From the NCBI GenBank assembly GCA_004022145.1, contig RCNU01000009.1: a stretch of DNA of 64,000 nucleotides; one strand, given 5' to 3'. The notes beneath the pieces were generated by a model that saw only the letters and a program-made list of their open reading frames with translations, did not search any database and was not told the DNA's origin. The position numbers and the translations under genes are program-made. This document shows, piece after piece, positions 12,784-23,856 of this stretch (positions are counted from its first letter, which is position 1; every line of letters starts with the position of its first letter). The stretch comes from Paecilomyces variotii (taxonomy: Eukaryota).

Positions 12784-14073
12784 GGCAGCAAACAATATTA
12801 ACTATTAATCGTGAAACACGCGAGAAGCTATCCACCGTGCGGATGACAATGGACCCTATATTATGGAAGCAGCCGAATCTGATGCTGATATCACCTTTGT
12901 CGATTGAATTGACCCAACATCAGGACATCTGTTTGTAATTGTAGGCAATCGTAAAACTTCGGAGCCGACAGAAATGCGATGTATCAACCCGCAGAATGTG
13001 GGCCTAGACAGAATGACAGCAGAGCCTGGGGTAAGACAGAGGACAGCCACGTAGGCGCAGGGCTGGGAGAGGAATGCAAAGGGCAAAAAGAATGACTTCA
13101 CTGCTGAGCCTCCAGAAAACAAAAAGGTTCAACAGTGTGCAACCTTCGCAAAGGTCGCGGGATGCGATCTGGAGGACGGTTTGTCCCTGAAGTTGCACCC
13201 TCTTTTTTCGCCGCAACCGGTAGTGATCGGTGCAAGCCAGATCTCCACCGCGCCCACCAAGCCAAACCGCAGTGGATATAACTGTGATCTGGACCGTTTC
13301 TGGGGACAAAAATGGCGAATCCACGAGCCTTCTACTCGGCTCTGGTGCGATGTCAGGTCCAAGAGACTGGGGTAATGATTCTTTCTGCTGAAAGGCTCAC
13401 GGCACACGTCAAATACGCCCGAAAAAGTCCCTTGTTTTGCTGGCGTCCGACCTCTACCGCAGACGGCCTAGATACTAAATTACTCTAAAATGGCTTAAGC
13501 CAGGAACGGGGGCGCATGGGCGCTGCCACCCCTGAAAGCGCCATGGGTTTGTGTATCCGTGAACGGAATCAACGTCCACGGTTCCAACAGTGGCTTGTCC
13601 CAATAACCAGAAGGCTTGGGACTCGCTGCGGAACTTTGAGACTCTGCGGTCGTGTGCGCTATATCCAGAATCAACAACAATAATGGGGATCACTAACTGT
13701 ATGCTACTCTAATATCGCGGTCGAAGGGAATGAGAATTCAACCAAGTAGGAAAAAGAAAATAAGCTAATCTTACCGGCTGCATGGGAGATCCCGGTATGA
13801 TCTACTAAACCCACCGTTAAAGCAATGTGAATCGACTACGCGATCGCTCCTTTATGCGGACGCATAAAACATAAAAAGCGTTGGCAAGAGTGTGAGAATC
13901 GCCACATGAGGGAAACTTTTTGGATGATTACTATCTACAGAAATAGCTCTAAATGCCAACCCAATGGTACAATACATGGACCTCCGGTAAAATAGGATAT
14001 AAATGCAGCCAAAGACGATTTTTGAAAAGGTGACTGTGCCCTGAAAGAATGTCGTGAGAAGCGTCCAAGATGT

Positions 14074-16223
14074 TTATCGGATCTTTTCGAGCAAGAGCTT
14101 GGCGCCACTGCTGGCAGGGCTCGCCTTCTTCTTCCCATCCTCTCCAGCGGTAGAGGCGGAGGCAGCTTTCTCCAAAGCCTTGCGGTTCTTCTTGAGTGTC
14201 TTGAGCAGCTCATCTTTCTTGTCGAAATCGTCGGATTCGGCCAGCGCCACAACCACGAAAGGATTCGAGCCTGCAGCCCAGGCCATAATCTCGTCTTGGA
14301 TCTGTCCATACAGGATGGCATTGAACTTGAGCGGGGGTTCCACCTTCTCAATGGTCTTTTCTTTGTTGTTGAAGCGTCCACCCTGGACCAAGGATTTCAG
14401 CATACGTCCGACGTGGGCGGCCTCTTTGGCTTCTGGCTTCGACTTAGCGGCAGTGGCAACAGCGTTGAGCGCTGCAGACTTGTCGCCGTCAGCGTCAAAG
14501 AGAACCTCAACAATGAATTGGCATCCGAAGGTAGTCTCCATCAGAGACTCCGCTCTCGCAGCAATGAACTCGAGCAGTGTCTGGGATGCCGCCTTGACAA
14601 GCTCCAGACGACGGATGGCAGGTTCCTTCTTAGAGGTCTCCTGTCTGATATCGCGGATCTCCTTCAAGACTGGTTGGTCTGCCTCAGGGAGCAGCCACTT
14701 CACCTTATCTCCTGCAAAGGGGAAGAGGATAGGAATGCGGGCAGTTATGTCGTTAACCTGCCAGAGAAGCTCTTCGTAACGGGCTTCTTCCGCCGAACCT
14801 TGGTTCAGAAGCTCGGGGAAGATCGATTTGGAACTAAGCTTGGTGTCGTCCACGACTTCGTACGCGGCCAAGAGGACCATGTGGGCGTGTAGATCACCAG
14901 CCATCATCTTAATAGTGTCTCTGTAGAATCGGAGCAGGTGTTTGCGGTCCTTCGCATTCGAGTAAGCTAGGCATAGGCACATGAGCCTAGATCCTGACTT
15001 TGTGAAGGCCATGTTCTTGGCGAGATCTCCCTCCTCGTCACCCTTAATCAATTCGATGAATTCGTTCGCTTCAGTACTGCCGGGCTTCGTGTTCAAGAAG
15101 TACTGTAGCATGGCGTCGTGCAGCATCGTAAAGCCAGTTGCTTTCTTCTGGACGAGCAGGTTGATGAACTCAAGCAGGTATTGCATGATAGGGCCCCTCT
15201 TCTCGGGATTCTCCGCGAGAATCTGCGACAGGTCGGCAACGACATCTTCTCCCTTACCAACCTTGAAGATGACAAACTCTGCACCATACCATTCACGCAG
15301 AAGTCTCGACCTCTGGTCCTTCGTAGCAACGGTCCGGTAAATGTCATCCACAATCCAAGAGGCCTCCGGGTGTCTCATCAGGCGCTTTACGTGCCCGTAG
15401 AACTCGGGAATAACCATATCACGAATCTCGTTGTCTCCATGCACAAGCAATTTACCAATAAGGAACTTGGCGTAACGGCTCTCAGCGAGATCCCTATACC
15501 GGCCCTTGAGTTCCCCAGCGATCTGTTTCCGCTGTTCAGGAGTAGCGTATTTCAAAGCGGTCTGAATAACACGGACGGAGTCGTGCTTAAACACGAAATC
15601 GGAGACACGACCAGTGATGATCTCAAAGAGTTCCGCAACAAGCTTCTTCCGCTCGTCCTTGGGTACATGGGACTTGCGGCGCAATCGTTCCCAGAGCTTC
15701 TTGGACCGAGCGATCAAGTCTGCATTCGGCTTCGCGGCCTTGCGCTCCTGCTGCAATGCCTTCTGTTTGGCGTGTGATTCGCGTGAGGAATTTCCATCTG
15801 AAGTGCAAAGCAAAGTCAGCATAAAACATCACCGGCGTCAGACGAAATCATAGACGGGATCGTACTCTTCGCAACAGCATTCTTATCGCCGTTCTCCTTG
15901 GTCTCCTCACTATCGCTAGCATCGCCCATATCAACGTCGCCATCTTTATGATCGGCTTCGTCCTCAGAGATCTCAGATTCCCCCATGGAAGAATCGAATT
16001 CATCATCTTCACTCTCGTCCTCTTCTGACTCGCTCTCCACAACTTTCTTCTTGTTCTTCTTCTCCACCTTTGTCGACTTCACTTCCTTCTTTGATTTCGA
16101 CTTAGGAGCAGAAGCGGGAGCGCCATTCTTCGTGGACTTTGAGCTTTTGAGCGCATCCTTCACTTTGGTTCTTTTACCACCGTGATCTTCGCCGGCTTCA
16201 ACGCGGCGCTTGATTCCAGCCAT
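14074..16223 (-). CDS. PUF6: Pumilio-family nucleolar RNA-binding protein Puf6 (PUM3/CPL type)
   Basis: Exons 16223-15866 and 15797-14074. Lys-rich then acidic N-terminus, then SRESHAKQK, FVFKHDSVRVIQTALKY, LAESRYAKFL, LLREWYG Puf6-type repeats. Confidence 0.93.
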
Positions 16224-17114
16224 GATGATTCTCTCAGTTGCAAGATTGGATGGATTCCCGGTTATAAATTAAATCGGTAGGGAAAATAATAAAAATTGGC
16301 AGCTGTGCCCACCGCCTTTGCTGCTCGATATTTTTTTTCTGGATAAATTATCGCCGGGGACGTTTTTCGCGGGTCCCGGTGGTGTTTGCTGTGTTTGCAC
16401 TACATCTGGACCCACGCAGCATTTATCAATGGGAGATAAGGGAAAGATGATGGTATCATGGGAATGACTTTTAATCGGAAAGAGCTGTGCTTTATTATTT
16501 CTGATATTATGGTTTGGATGATGTTGGTATTAATGGAACATAGAAGAATTTTCGAGTTACGTTGAGCATCCCGAACACAAATTCATCTTCCCTGGATAAA
16601 CGACTCACGAATTATATACAATGGATGCTGGCTGGACTCTCTGGTCTTAGTATGATCATATCTCCCTAGATTATAGACGAACGAGGAGGATATAAAGATC
16701 AGAAACGCAACATCTGTTGACCAGGTTTTCAAGAGGACCTCCCACGAAAGGAATATTCAAAAACGATCACTGTTCAAAACTCTCGGCTTTAATTATACCT
16801 GTTATGAACCTAATAAAGGCTCAGATACGAGTTATGTCCACGTCGGTGACAATCATTCACGAAATTATGGCTGCTCCCTCTGTAATCAGTGCCTGCACTA
16901 GAGATCCAAACGAAAGTAAAGTAGTAGTATGCAGACGAAACGAAAAGATCAGGCCAGCCACCGTCGGCGTCTCGTAGACCAATATTATGTCCCAACCCTC
17001 TGATCTCGACAGGCGAGCACTCCAAGATGAGGGATTGCCCCAATATAAATAGACCAACCCGGAACGCCGCCATTCCCGTGCAATGAGTCAATTCCGTATT
17101 CCTTCCATGGATCA

Positions 17115-18016
17115 TCATACAGTACTCTCCACTTCCGTTCTCTGAGCTTGCGCATTCACGCTCCCTAGTTCGGACCCCTGACCGCTATGAGTCCGTTTCC
17201 TACCAGGTAGGAATCCAAGATAGGAGGAGGACGGTCTGCTGTTATTGGTGGTAGAGGGCGTCTCGCTCAAGGTTTCACCGATGCGAGAGAAGATACCCTT
17301 CTTTCTTGGTTTGACATCGTCACCCAGGACGACGTCTTCGAATCGTTCCTCCTCCATCGATTGAGGTCGATCGAACGTGCTTCCATTGATTGCCGACCGC
17401 GAAGTAATGCGCGAAAACCGGGAATCGAGAGATGTACGAGAAGGTAGTGTATCGACTTGGCTGACAGGCGAGCGCGCAGAAATGTCCTGTGCAGAGAATT
17501 AATCTTTCTCCCTGCAATTGAGCCGAAGGAAACTCTCAGGCACTAACAAACGATCGACGGTATGAGTCGAAGGACTCTCGTGAAATAGAGAAAGGCTCAT
17601 TCTCATTCACCAGACTTCGGTGGTTCGACGACCCAGCCGAGCCGGGGTATTTGCTCCAGAAACTCTGCTTCTCTGGGGGCGACGGCTGTCAATTGCTCGT
17701 CAGCTGTAAATCCTACCAAGCGCGATCGACAAATGCTTAGAGGTCACTGGGAAGCCCTACAGGAAGATAGATGCCGCTGTCGTTGACCACTGCAATAGGT
17801 CGGTCATCAAGCCGCAATGCCCACGAGAGTGGTGACATTATACAGTCACCCCGTCGTAAATTGTGACCTACCACTCATCTTGTACTCATTAGGCCCCTCA
17901 TCCTGACTCCGCCTCACATTCAAGGGACTTGAGCGTTGGTTCTCGTCGTTAACAGTAGGTTGGATATCAGCCACGGCTGTGGGCTTTTTGCCCAAGAAAT
18001 TACGGAACGGAGCCAT
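17115..18016 (-). CDS. Fungal hypothetical protein (~227 aa, 4 exons)
   Basis: Exons 18016-17872, 17789-17761, 17685-17548, 17486-17115, all GT-AG and in frame: MAPFRNFLGKK...EYKMSVVNDSGIYLPPSPPEKQSFW...EPFSISRESFDSYRRSFDISARSP...GRKRTHSGQGSELG. The ORF track shows only the last 80 aa. Confidence 0.8.
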
Positions 18017-18744
18017 GGCGGCCAGATCTGGTCTCTATGGAATATAGTATGGTCGCGCTTTAAATGTATGAGACTTCTGGTAACAACGATAAGAGAAATG
18101 CAGAGATGACGGGGCGGTAATTGGAAAGATCGCTCCTTTTGGGTTTACGAGGGACGAGATTGGGTTGCTCCAGACTCACATGATCGGAGGGCCGGAGGGG
18201 ACAACTTCCTTCTGCTGCTCTGCCGTATTCGTCCACACCGACATGGACTGATGCGCAGCATTAATATTATGATCGGAGCTGACGCTAAACGGACTGGAAA
18301 GCCACGGTTGTAATCTGACCGAGGCAGTGGTCGCATCATTCTCGTTACGCTGTGGCACAGACCCTACGTATAGATAACTTGGTTGGCCGATACATGTACG
18401 ATCGTCGGCTGTTCCTTGCTCCTTTAGAGTTACTCTTAGAATACTCTCGCCACCAGGGACGGTCCACAAGCGGGGAGATGTTGGTGCATGCCAAGGTTGA
18501 AAGGTCCGAATGAAAGATTTTGCTTTTGTTCGCAAGCGGCCATAGAGGATAGTCCCTAGTTACCTGGTAGCTAATTCTCTGCCTAAGTGGTAGGTAATAT
18601 GTATTGTTATACAATAATGTTGGCGATCTATAGTGTATGATCATTGCCGTTAGCAACCTTGGGGGAATTTCCTTCTTCATTCTCATTATTAGATACTTTA
18701 GACAATTCCGTTCCCATATGATTTTGGGGATGAGTGGGACTGGG

Positions 18745-18752
18745 TTATAAAA
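18745..18752 (+). promoter_or_regulatory. TATA box of the Pol III SRP RNA gene
   Basis: TTATAAAA about 25-30 nt upstream of the inferred 5' end at ~18773. Confidence 0.5.
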
Positions 18753-18772
18753 CAAAGAAAGGTTCTAATTCC

Positions 18773-19036
18773 GATCTGTCATGGATAGTCTAGTGGAAGG
18801 GCGACTGTAAAGCTGGCAACCCTGCTTAGGTAATTACCAGCGGGCAAGGTGCCTGGTTCGAATCCTGGAGTCGCTGTTGTACTCGTGCGAGTAATCCACG
18901 ATCGCTACAACGCGTTAAGCAATGAAGATGACCCTTGAGGGAAGCAATTCTGCAGAGACATCTTCACTCTGGGATGGCGGCACCAGATTACACCTGCCCG
19001 TTACAGGGAAGCTGGCTGTTAGGTCGCACAACTGCT
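18773..19036 (+). ncRNA. SCR1: Signal recognition particle RNA (fungal SRP/7SL, SCR1/srp7 homolog)
   Basis: 5' minimal Alu hairpin ATC-TGTCATG-GAT (compare fungal CTGTAATGG); internal A box TAGTCTAGTGG and B box GGTTCGAATCC (18855-18865); helix 6 GTTGTA/TACAAC with GTAA loop; helix 8 TGAAGATG/CATCTTCA enclosing GAGG-GAA-GCAA-TTC-TGCA; GCGAC near the 5' end pairs with GTCGC near the 3' end; ~265 nt ending at a T7 run. Confidence 0.88.
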
Positions 19037-19042
19037 TTTTTT
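19036..19042 (+). terminator. Pol III oligo-T terminator
   Basis: TTTTTTT immediately after CACAACTGC, followed by further T runs. Confidence 0.7.
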
Positions 19043-20405
19043 GTTTCTTTTTTACTCTTTTAGAAACCTGTCTATCTTTTTCAGTTTCTTTTTTTTTTAT
19101 TTTCTACACAACTTAGGTAGGTAGTCAGCCTTTTACTTTTAATGGCATAGTTACCTAGGTAGTTAACCAATTTATTGAGTGGTTCGCCCCATGTGCCAGC
19201 AAGGACCCGGAACGACAAGCCTTGGTCGCTATTTCGACCTATCGGTAGGAACAGAGTCCGTATTATTCCTGAAAAGTATAGGTCTTTCCCCCGCTTTTTT
19301 GTGGTCATCTCTCGTTTCTCTGAAATCTGCATGCTGGATGGGCGAGACAGCGATAAAATACGAAATATGGAACAAGGCAGTCACGCGGAGATGCCACTCA
19401 GACAGATGGACGTAAGAGAACACCAGCACTTAGATCATCCAGCTACCCAATCGTTTCTGGTCATAGGAGCCCAAGGGATATGTTAGATCCAGACAGACTA
19501 CGAGTTCTCCTTTTTGGTCGACTGGCAGAAAGCCATGAGAATAGGTATATAAAACTTGGCCACTAGACGTAAAAGCAGGATCAGCCAAGGCAGCACGAAA
19601 CGTGCCCATACTACGGAGAGAAGACAAATCTCAGAAAGACACCTCTAGTCTATCCACTGGGATCGCGCAGGGATTAAGGAGACCCCTCAACTCTCTTTGT
19701 GCCTAAGATGAGTTGGATGGTAGCACAAAGACTTAAGCCGCATACCCGCAGATGAGCAAACGCCGGCTACCGAGTATATGTCAATTTCCAGGGCCGTGAG
19801 CCTCACTTGTCTGGGAGTCATATTCCATTCTTTCTTACCCGGTGCATAGTATGAAACAGACGTATGTACATACATTGACAGACTCGCGAAGTGAAGAGCA
19901 GCTGTACGCAAATTCGCACTATGGAAGTGAACTTCAGTAGACGTCGGGAACCGTCAATGTAGAGTCGTTCTTTCCCACTCTATTTCGCACACAGTAAGGA
20001 CGCAGAACATACAAATCAGGTAGGTAGCACTCTTTTGAAATCTAAGTAGCGACTCTTGAGTTGTGGTCTATGATTCCTAACGAGGTGTTCGAAGTAGATC
20101 ACGACTTCTCAAGCCGCGTGACATCTTGCTTTCGCTTGCCAGTGTTAACCTCTCCTGCTCGAACAGGATCAAGGGACTCCCCGTGTGCTTCTTTTCTGGT
20201 ATAAACGCCATACAATATCTCTTTTTGTCAACAATAAAAACATCCTATTGTCTGGATGACAACGTTTTAACTTCACGGCCGGACCCAAGAGAGCCGTCTC
20301 AACCCATTACAATTCTGTACCTGCATTGACTGTCTTGCTGGGTAGTTGGAGATCTGACGAAGACAACGAGTCAGAAGTGACTACAAACTAAGCCCCGGTT
20401 TGACA

Positions 20406-21544
20406 ATGGCATTCTGGACAGGATGGCAGCTGTGGGAGAAAATGTGCCTAGTAAGATTGGGTCATGTTTCCATTCCGAGAGAAGAAATACTGATTGCGGT
20501 TGCCTACAGGTTCTTGGTGGCCTTATAGTAAGATTTTTGTGAGGAATAACCTGAGATACCCACTGACAGTGCGCCTAGTTCGTCGTACTTGTCTATGCGC
20601 TGTGCATCCTTTCCTACAATAAGCGGACGATCAGAAAACTGGGCGCAACAAACCTCTACCAGAAGACTGATCTAAACCAGAACCGAGATAGCAGTGATAC
20701 GAGGAGAGACGATATACCTTTCGGTGCGAGGGCACTCGAAAGTGGAATTCAGATTGAAGGTATCTGGATATCGAACCACAACACGCCGGTACCCAGTCCA
20801 TATCAGTCGGGTACTCCAGTAGGCAGCAGATCACCCAGCCCTTCTCGTCTGGCAGCTCAGCTATCTACTGTCGTGGCGAACTCGAAGGAGCGACAAAGAC
20901 TCCCAACTGCGCCGCCAGGACTTCACCTGAATGATGCATTGACTCCAGGATATCGTGGAAGCTACTCAAGCGTCCCCAAGAGAAAAACAGGCCCTGAGGA
21001 CGAGAATGAGCAAAACACTTTTGCCCTGGAAAGATTAGACTCGAGACGGAAAAGTTACTCCGAGACTTGTCAAAGTCACACTCCTCGCACGTCAGGTTCT
21101 ATGATCAACTTAAACAGATACAGCGAATCAGATAGTGGCAATATGAATGCGACCATACCATTAGACATCTATGGTCGAAGACCAGAGACGGGCTGTGAGT
21201 TATTCAGAACATGATCGAAGTAATTGGTATATTGCTAAACTACTTTTTTACCAGTCAGTCGCCTTCACGACGATGCCTCTGAGGAATTTGGAGAAGCAGT
21301 GACCCGTCTGCTCAACGAGAGAATGAGCTCCCACTGGCAGACAGTGGATCCAGAAAATGACTGTCGCCAGGTTGATTTGGAGGCCATGAATAACCATAGA
21401 CGATCGCACGTTGCAGAGACGGGACAGCTGGGAACACCGCGAAACAGCATCCTCAAGTTACAAAATGAGGACATAAACAGTGCTCTCAGCGGAGATGTAT
21501 TCAGAAGCAATCCTGATCCAAGACGTCAGGATCCTCGGGGATGA
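20406..21544 (+). CDS. Fungal single-pass membrane hypothetical protein
   Basis: Exons 20406-20450, 20510-20527 (18 nt), 20579-~21194, ~21255-21544. Protein MAFWTGWQLWEKMCL|VLGGLI|FVVLVYALCILSY...DIPFGARALESGIQIEGIWISNHNTP...RRSHVAETGQL. Exon 3 is in frame with ORF 20873-21214 and exon 4 with ORF 21299-21544. Confidence 0.8.
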
Positions 21545-21802
21545 AAGTCCGTCTGGCGAGAATGAAGGTACGGTAATTGAAATGACGAAGTATCCTAGTT
21601 TTGTTCTTTGGACTATCTGATGTGTATATCTCTAAAGTCTCCTATTATTGAATAAATAAGGAATCTTTAGACACTGTAAGGCGGATTGATACCCATTCAA
21701 ACTATGTTTCTTCGGAACTGTAGTAGAGACCGTGACTTGAATGTTCTAGATTTCCCAACTTAGCAGCCTGATTCCGCGCACGTGACCTCGCGACAGGCAG
21801 CG

Positions 21803-21808
21803 ACGCGT
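21803..21808. promoter_or_regulatory. MluI cell-cycle box (ACGCGT) upstream of RAD51
   Basis: ACGCGT inside the perfect palindrome CGACGCGTCG, ~265 bp upstream of the RAD51 ATG, with other CGCG cores nearby. MCB-type control of RAD51 is established in yeasts. Confidence 0.45.
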
Positions 21809-22071
21809 CGGGAAGCGCCTTCAGTCAATCGACACAACAACAAAGTCCAGTCCATCTTTGCCACAGCGAAAAGACCGAAAAATCCTGCTTCTTTGAATCG
21901 GCGTCCTCACGGTGAGGACTGCAGCAGCTGTTTCTTCGATATTTGGAGTTTCACATCGTACATTGAAACAATCCCGAGCGCGTGGTTTGGCGTCTGAGTG
22001 TTTCCCGGCAGTCGAGACAAGGAGAGGGTCTACTTGCTACTCAGACAAATTTATCCTTCTTACCTAGACAG

Positions 22072-23362
22072 ATGGTTGCCGATATGGAATCGCAGAACGA
22101 AATTGAGGATAATGGCCTTCCTGACCCTGGAGCGCCTACGCCTCTGTCTGCTCTAGAGGTAAGAAGACCTACCGGGGGAAGAAATTGCAACGCGTTACGC
22201 AAACTATATTGCTCTGGTTCAATGGATATTCTGACAGCTTAACAGGGCATTGCGGGTCTGACGGCACGAGATATAAAGCTCTTCGTTGATGGAGGGTTCC
22301 ATACTGTTGAGGACGTAGCATACACGTAAGGATACCTGCGATCTTATGCTAAAAGCGAAATATTTCAGCCAGTATGCAAGAAAGAGAATTTTCTGACCGA
22401 AATACTGTTCTACAGTCCCAAACGAGTATTGGAGCAGATCAAGGGCATCTCTGAACAAAAGGCGACCAAGGTCTTAGCCGAGGGTAAGTCGTCATAATCG
22501 GTTGTCAGACTCTTGAATAAGGATAGGAGACTAATATCTTCGTTACGAAGCTGCCAAACTCGTGCCCATGGGGTTTACGACGGCCACTGAGATGCATGCT
22601 CGGCGAAGTGAGCTGATATCAATCACAACGGGTTCGAAACAGCTGGATACTCTTCTGGCGGGAGGTATAGAAACGGGATCAATTACCGAGATTTTCGGAG
22701 AATTCAGGACTGGAAAAAGTCAGCTCTGCCATACCCTCGCTGTGACCTGTCAGCTTCCATTTGATATGGGTGGCGGAGAGGGAAAATGCCTGTATATCGA
22801 TACAGAAGGTACCTTCCGTCCGGTCCGATTGCTAGCAGTTGCTCAGCGATACGGTCTTGTGGGAGAAGAAGTCCTGGATAATGTCGCATATGCCCGAGCC
22901 TATAACTCTGATCATCAACTGCAGTTGCTCAACCAGGCATCCCAGATGATGTGCGAGACGCGGTTTTCACTCCTCATCGTTGACTCCGCTACGTCCCTCT
23001 ACCGTACGGACTTCAACGGACGTGGTGAGCTTTCGAGTCGTCAGACGCACCTTGCAAAGTTCTTGAGGACATTGCAGCGCCTAGCTGATGTATTTGGGAT
23101 TGCTGTCGTTATCACGAATCAGGTCGTGGCTCAAGTGGACGGTGGACCTAGTGCCATGTTCAATCCCGATCCCAAGAAGCCAATTGGTGGTAATATAATA
23201 GCTCATGCAAGCACCACCAGGCTGAGTCTAAAGAAGGGAAGAGGCGAGACTCGAATTTGCAAGATCTATGATAGCCCGTGTCTACCAGAAAGTGACTGTT
23301 TGTTCGCAATTAATGAGGACGGTATCGGTGATCCGAGTCCCAAGGACCTGGAAAAGGAGTAG
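22072..23362 (+). CDS. RAD51: DNA recombinase Rad51 (UvsC)
   Basis: Exons 22072-22158, 22246-22325, 22416-22483, 22551-23362. FTTA polymerisation motif, Walker A GEFRTGKS, Walker B LLIVD, L1 [25 protein letters not shown]. Confidence 0.98.
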
Positions 23363-23856
23363 GGTGGGAGAGAAGCCCATTATGATTTTATCATGTGTCA
23401 TGCATTACTCTGCTTCAGTTGTACGTTTGTTTTGTGGCATAGTACTAGGCGTCTGGATTATATGAGTGAAGAATAGTTATCTGCCTCAATGACTTCGTGA
23501 CTCCTAATAAAAAAAGCTTTCCTGCGTAAGTTGTGTCCCAATCACAATTTATCAAGTAATGATAGACAATTATAAAACCACATTGGACTTCGCAATCTAG
23601 TACACAAGACTAGTTAATATCAAAGACACGAAAGAGACGGGGACAAGCATTGCGGGGAACAGCGCAGTTTATCCCGAAAGGCAAGGCGGTGCGCGTTGGA
23701 GAACGCCAAGAAAGTGTTTTTTGAGCAGCTCGAGAGCTCCAGCTTCCGCGCCCTTCATACGCAGCGAGATCCCACACGACGCCAACTAACCGCCATGGAG
23801 ACTTGACGCGCATATATCTGAATACGTGGGAGATATTGCGCTGTCCTTGATCCGCA

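Noticed and set aside
14054-15777. Long plus-strand ORFs (241, 198, 219 aa) opposite PUF6, and similar antisense ORFs over the NRPS and TF
   Set aside because: Shadow ORFs from codon bias of the real gene, with no recognisable motifs.
16280-16360. RRPE/PAC-like motifs (AAAAATT, GATAAATTATCGCC) in the PUF6 promoter
   Set aside because: Plausible for a ribosome-biogenesis gene but only partial matches to consensus.
18800-18876. tRNA-like segment (GGCGACT/AGTCGCT stem, GGTTCGAATCC loop)
   Set aside because: No proper D arm or anticodon arm, and a mismatch in the T stem. It lies inside a longer unit with SRP helices 6 and 8, so it is better explained as the SRP RNA B box.
19140-19200. U1-like ATAGTTACCT and Sm-like AATTTATTG downstream of the SRP RNA
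   Set aside because: Both mismatch the consensus (ATACTTACCT; AUUUUUG), and the spacing and structure do not fit an snRNA.
1866-23362. RAD51 and Pol X as self-resistance genes for a genotoxic cluster product
   Set aside because: Both look like ordinary housekeeping genes and lie outside the ABC-NRPS-MFS block; nothing suggests a duplicated resistant paralog.
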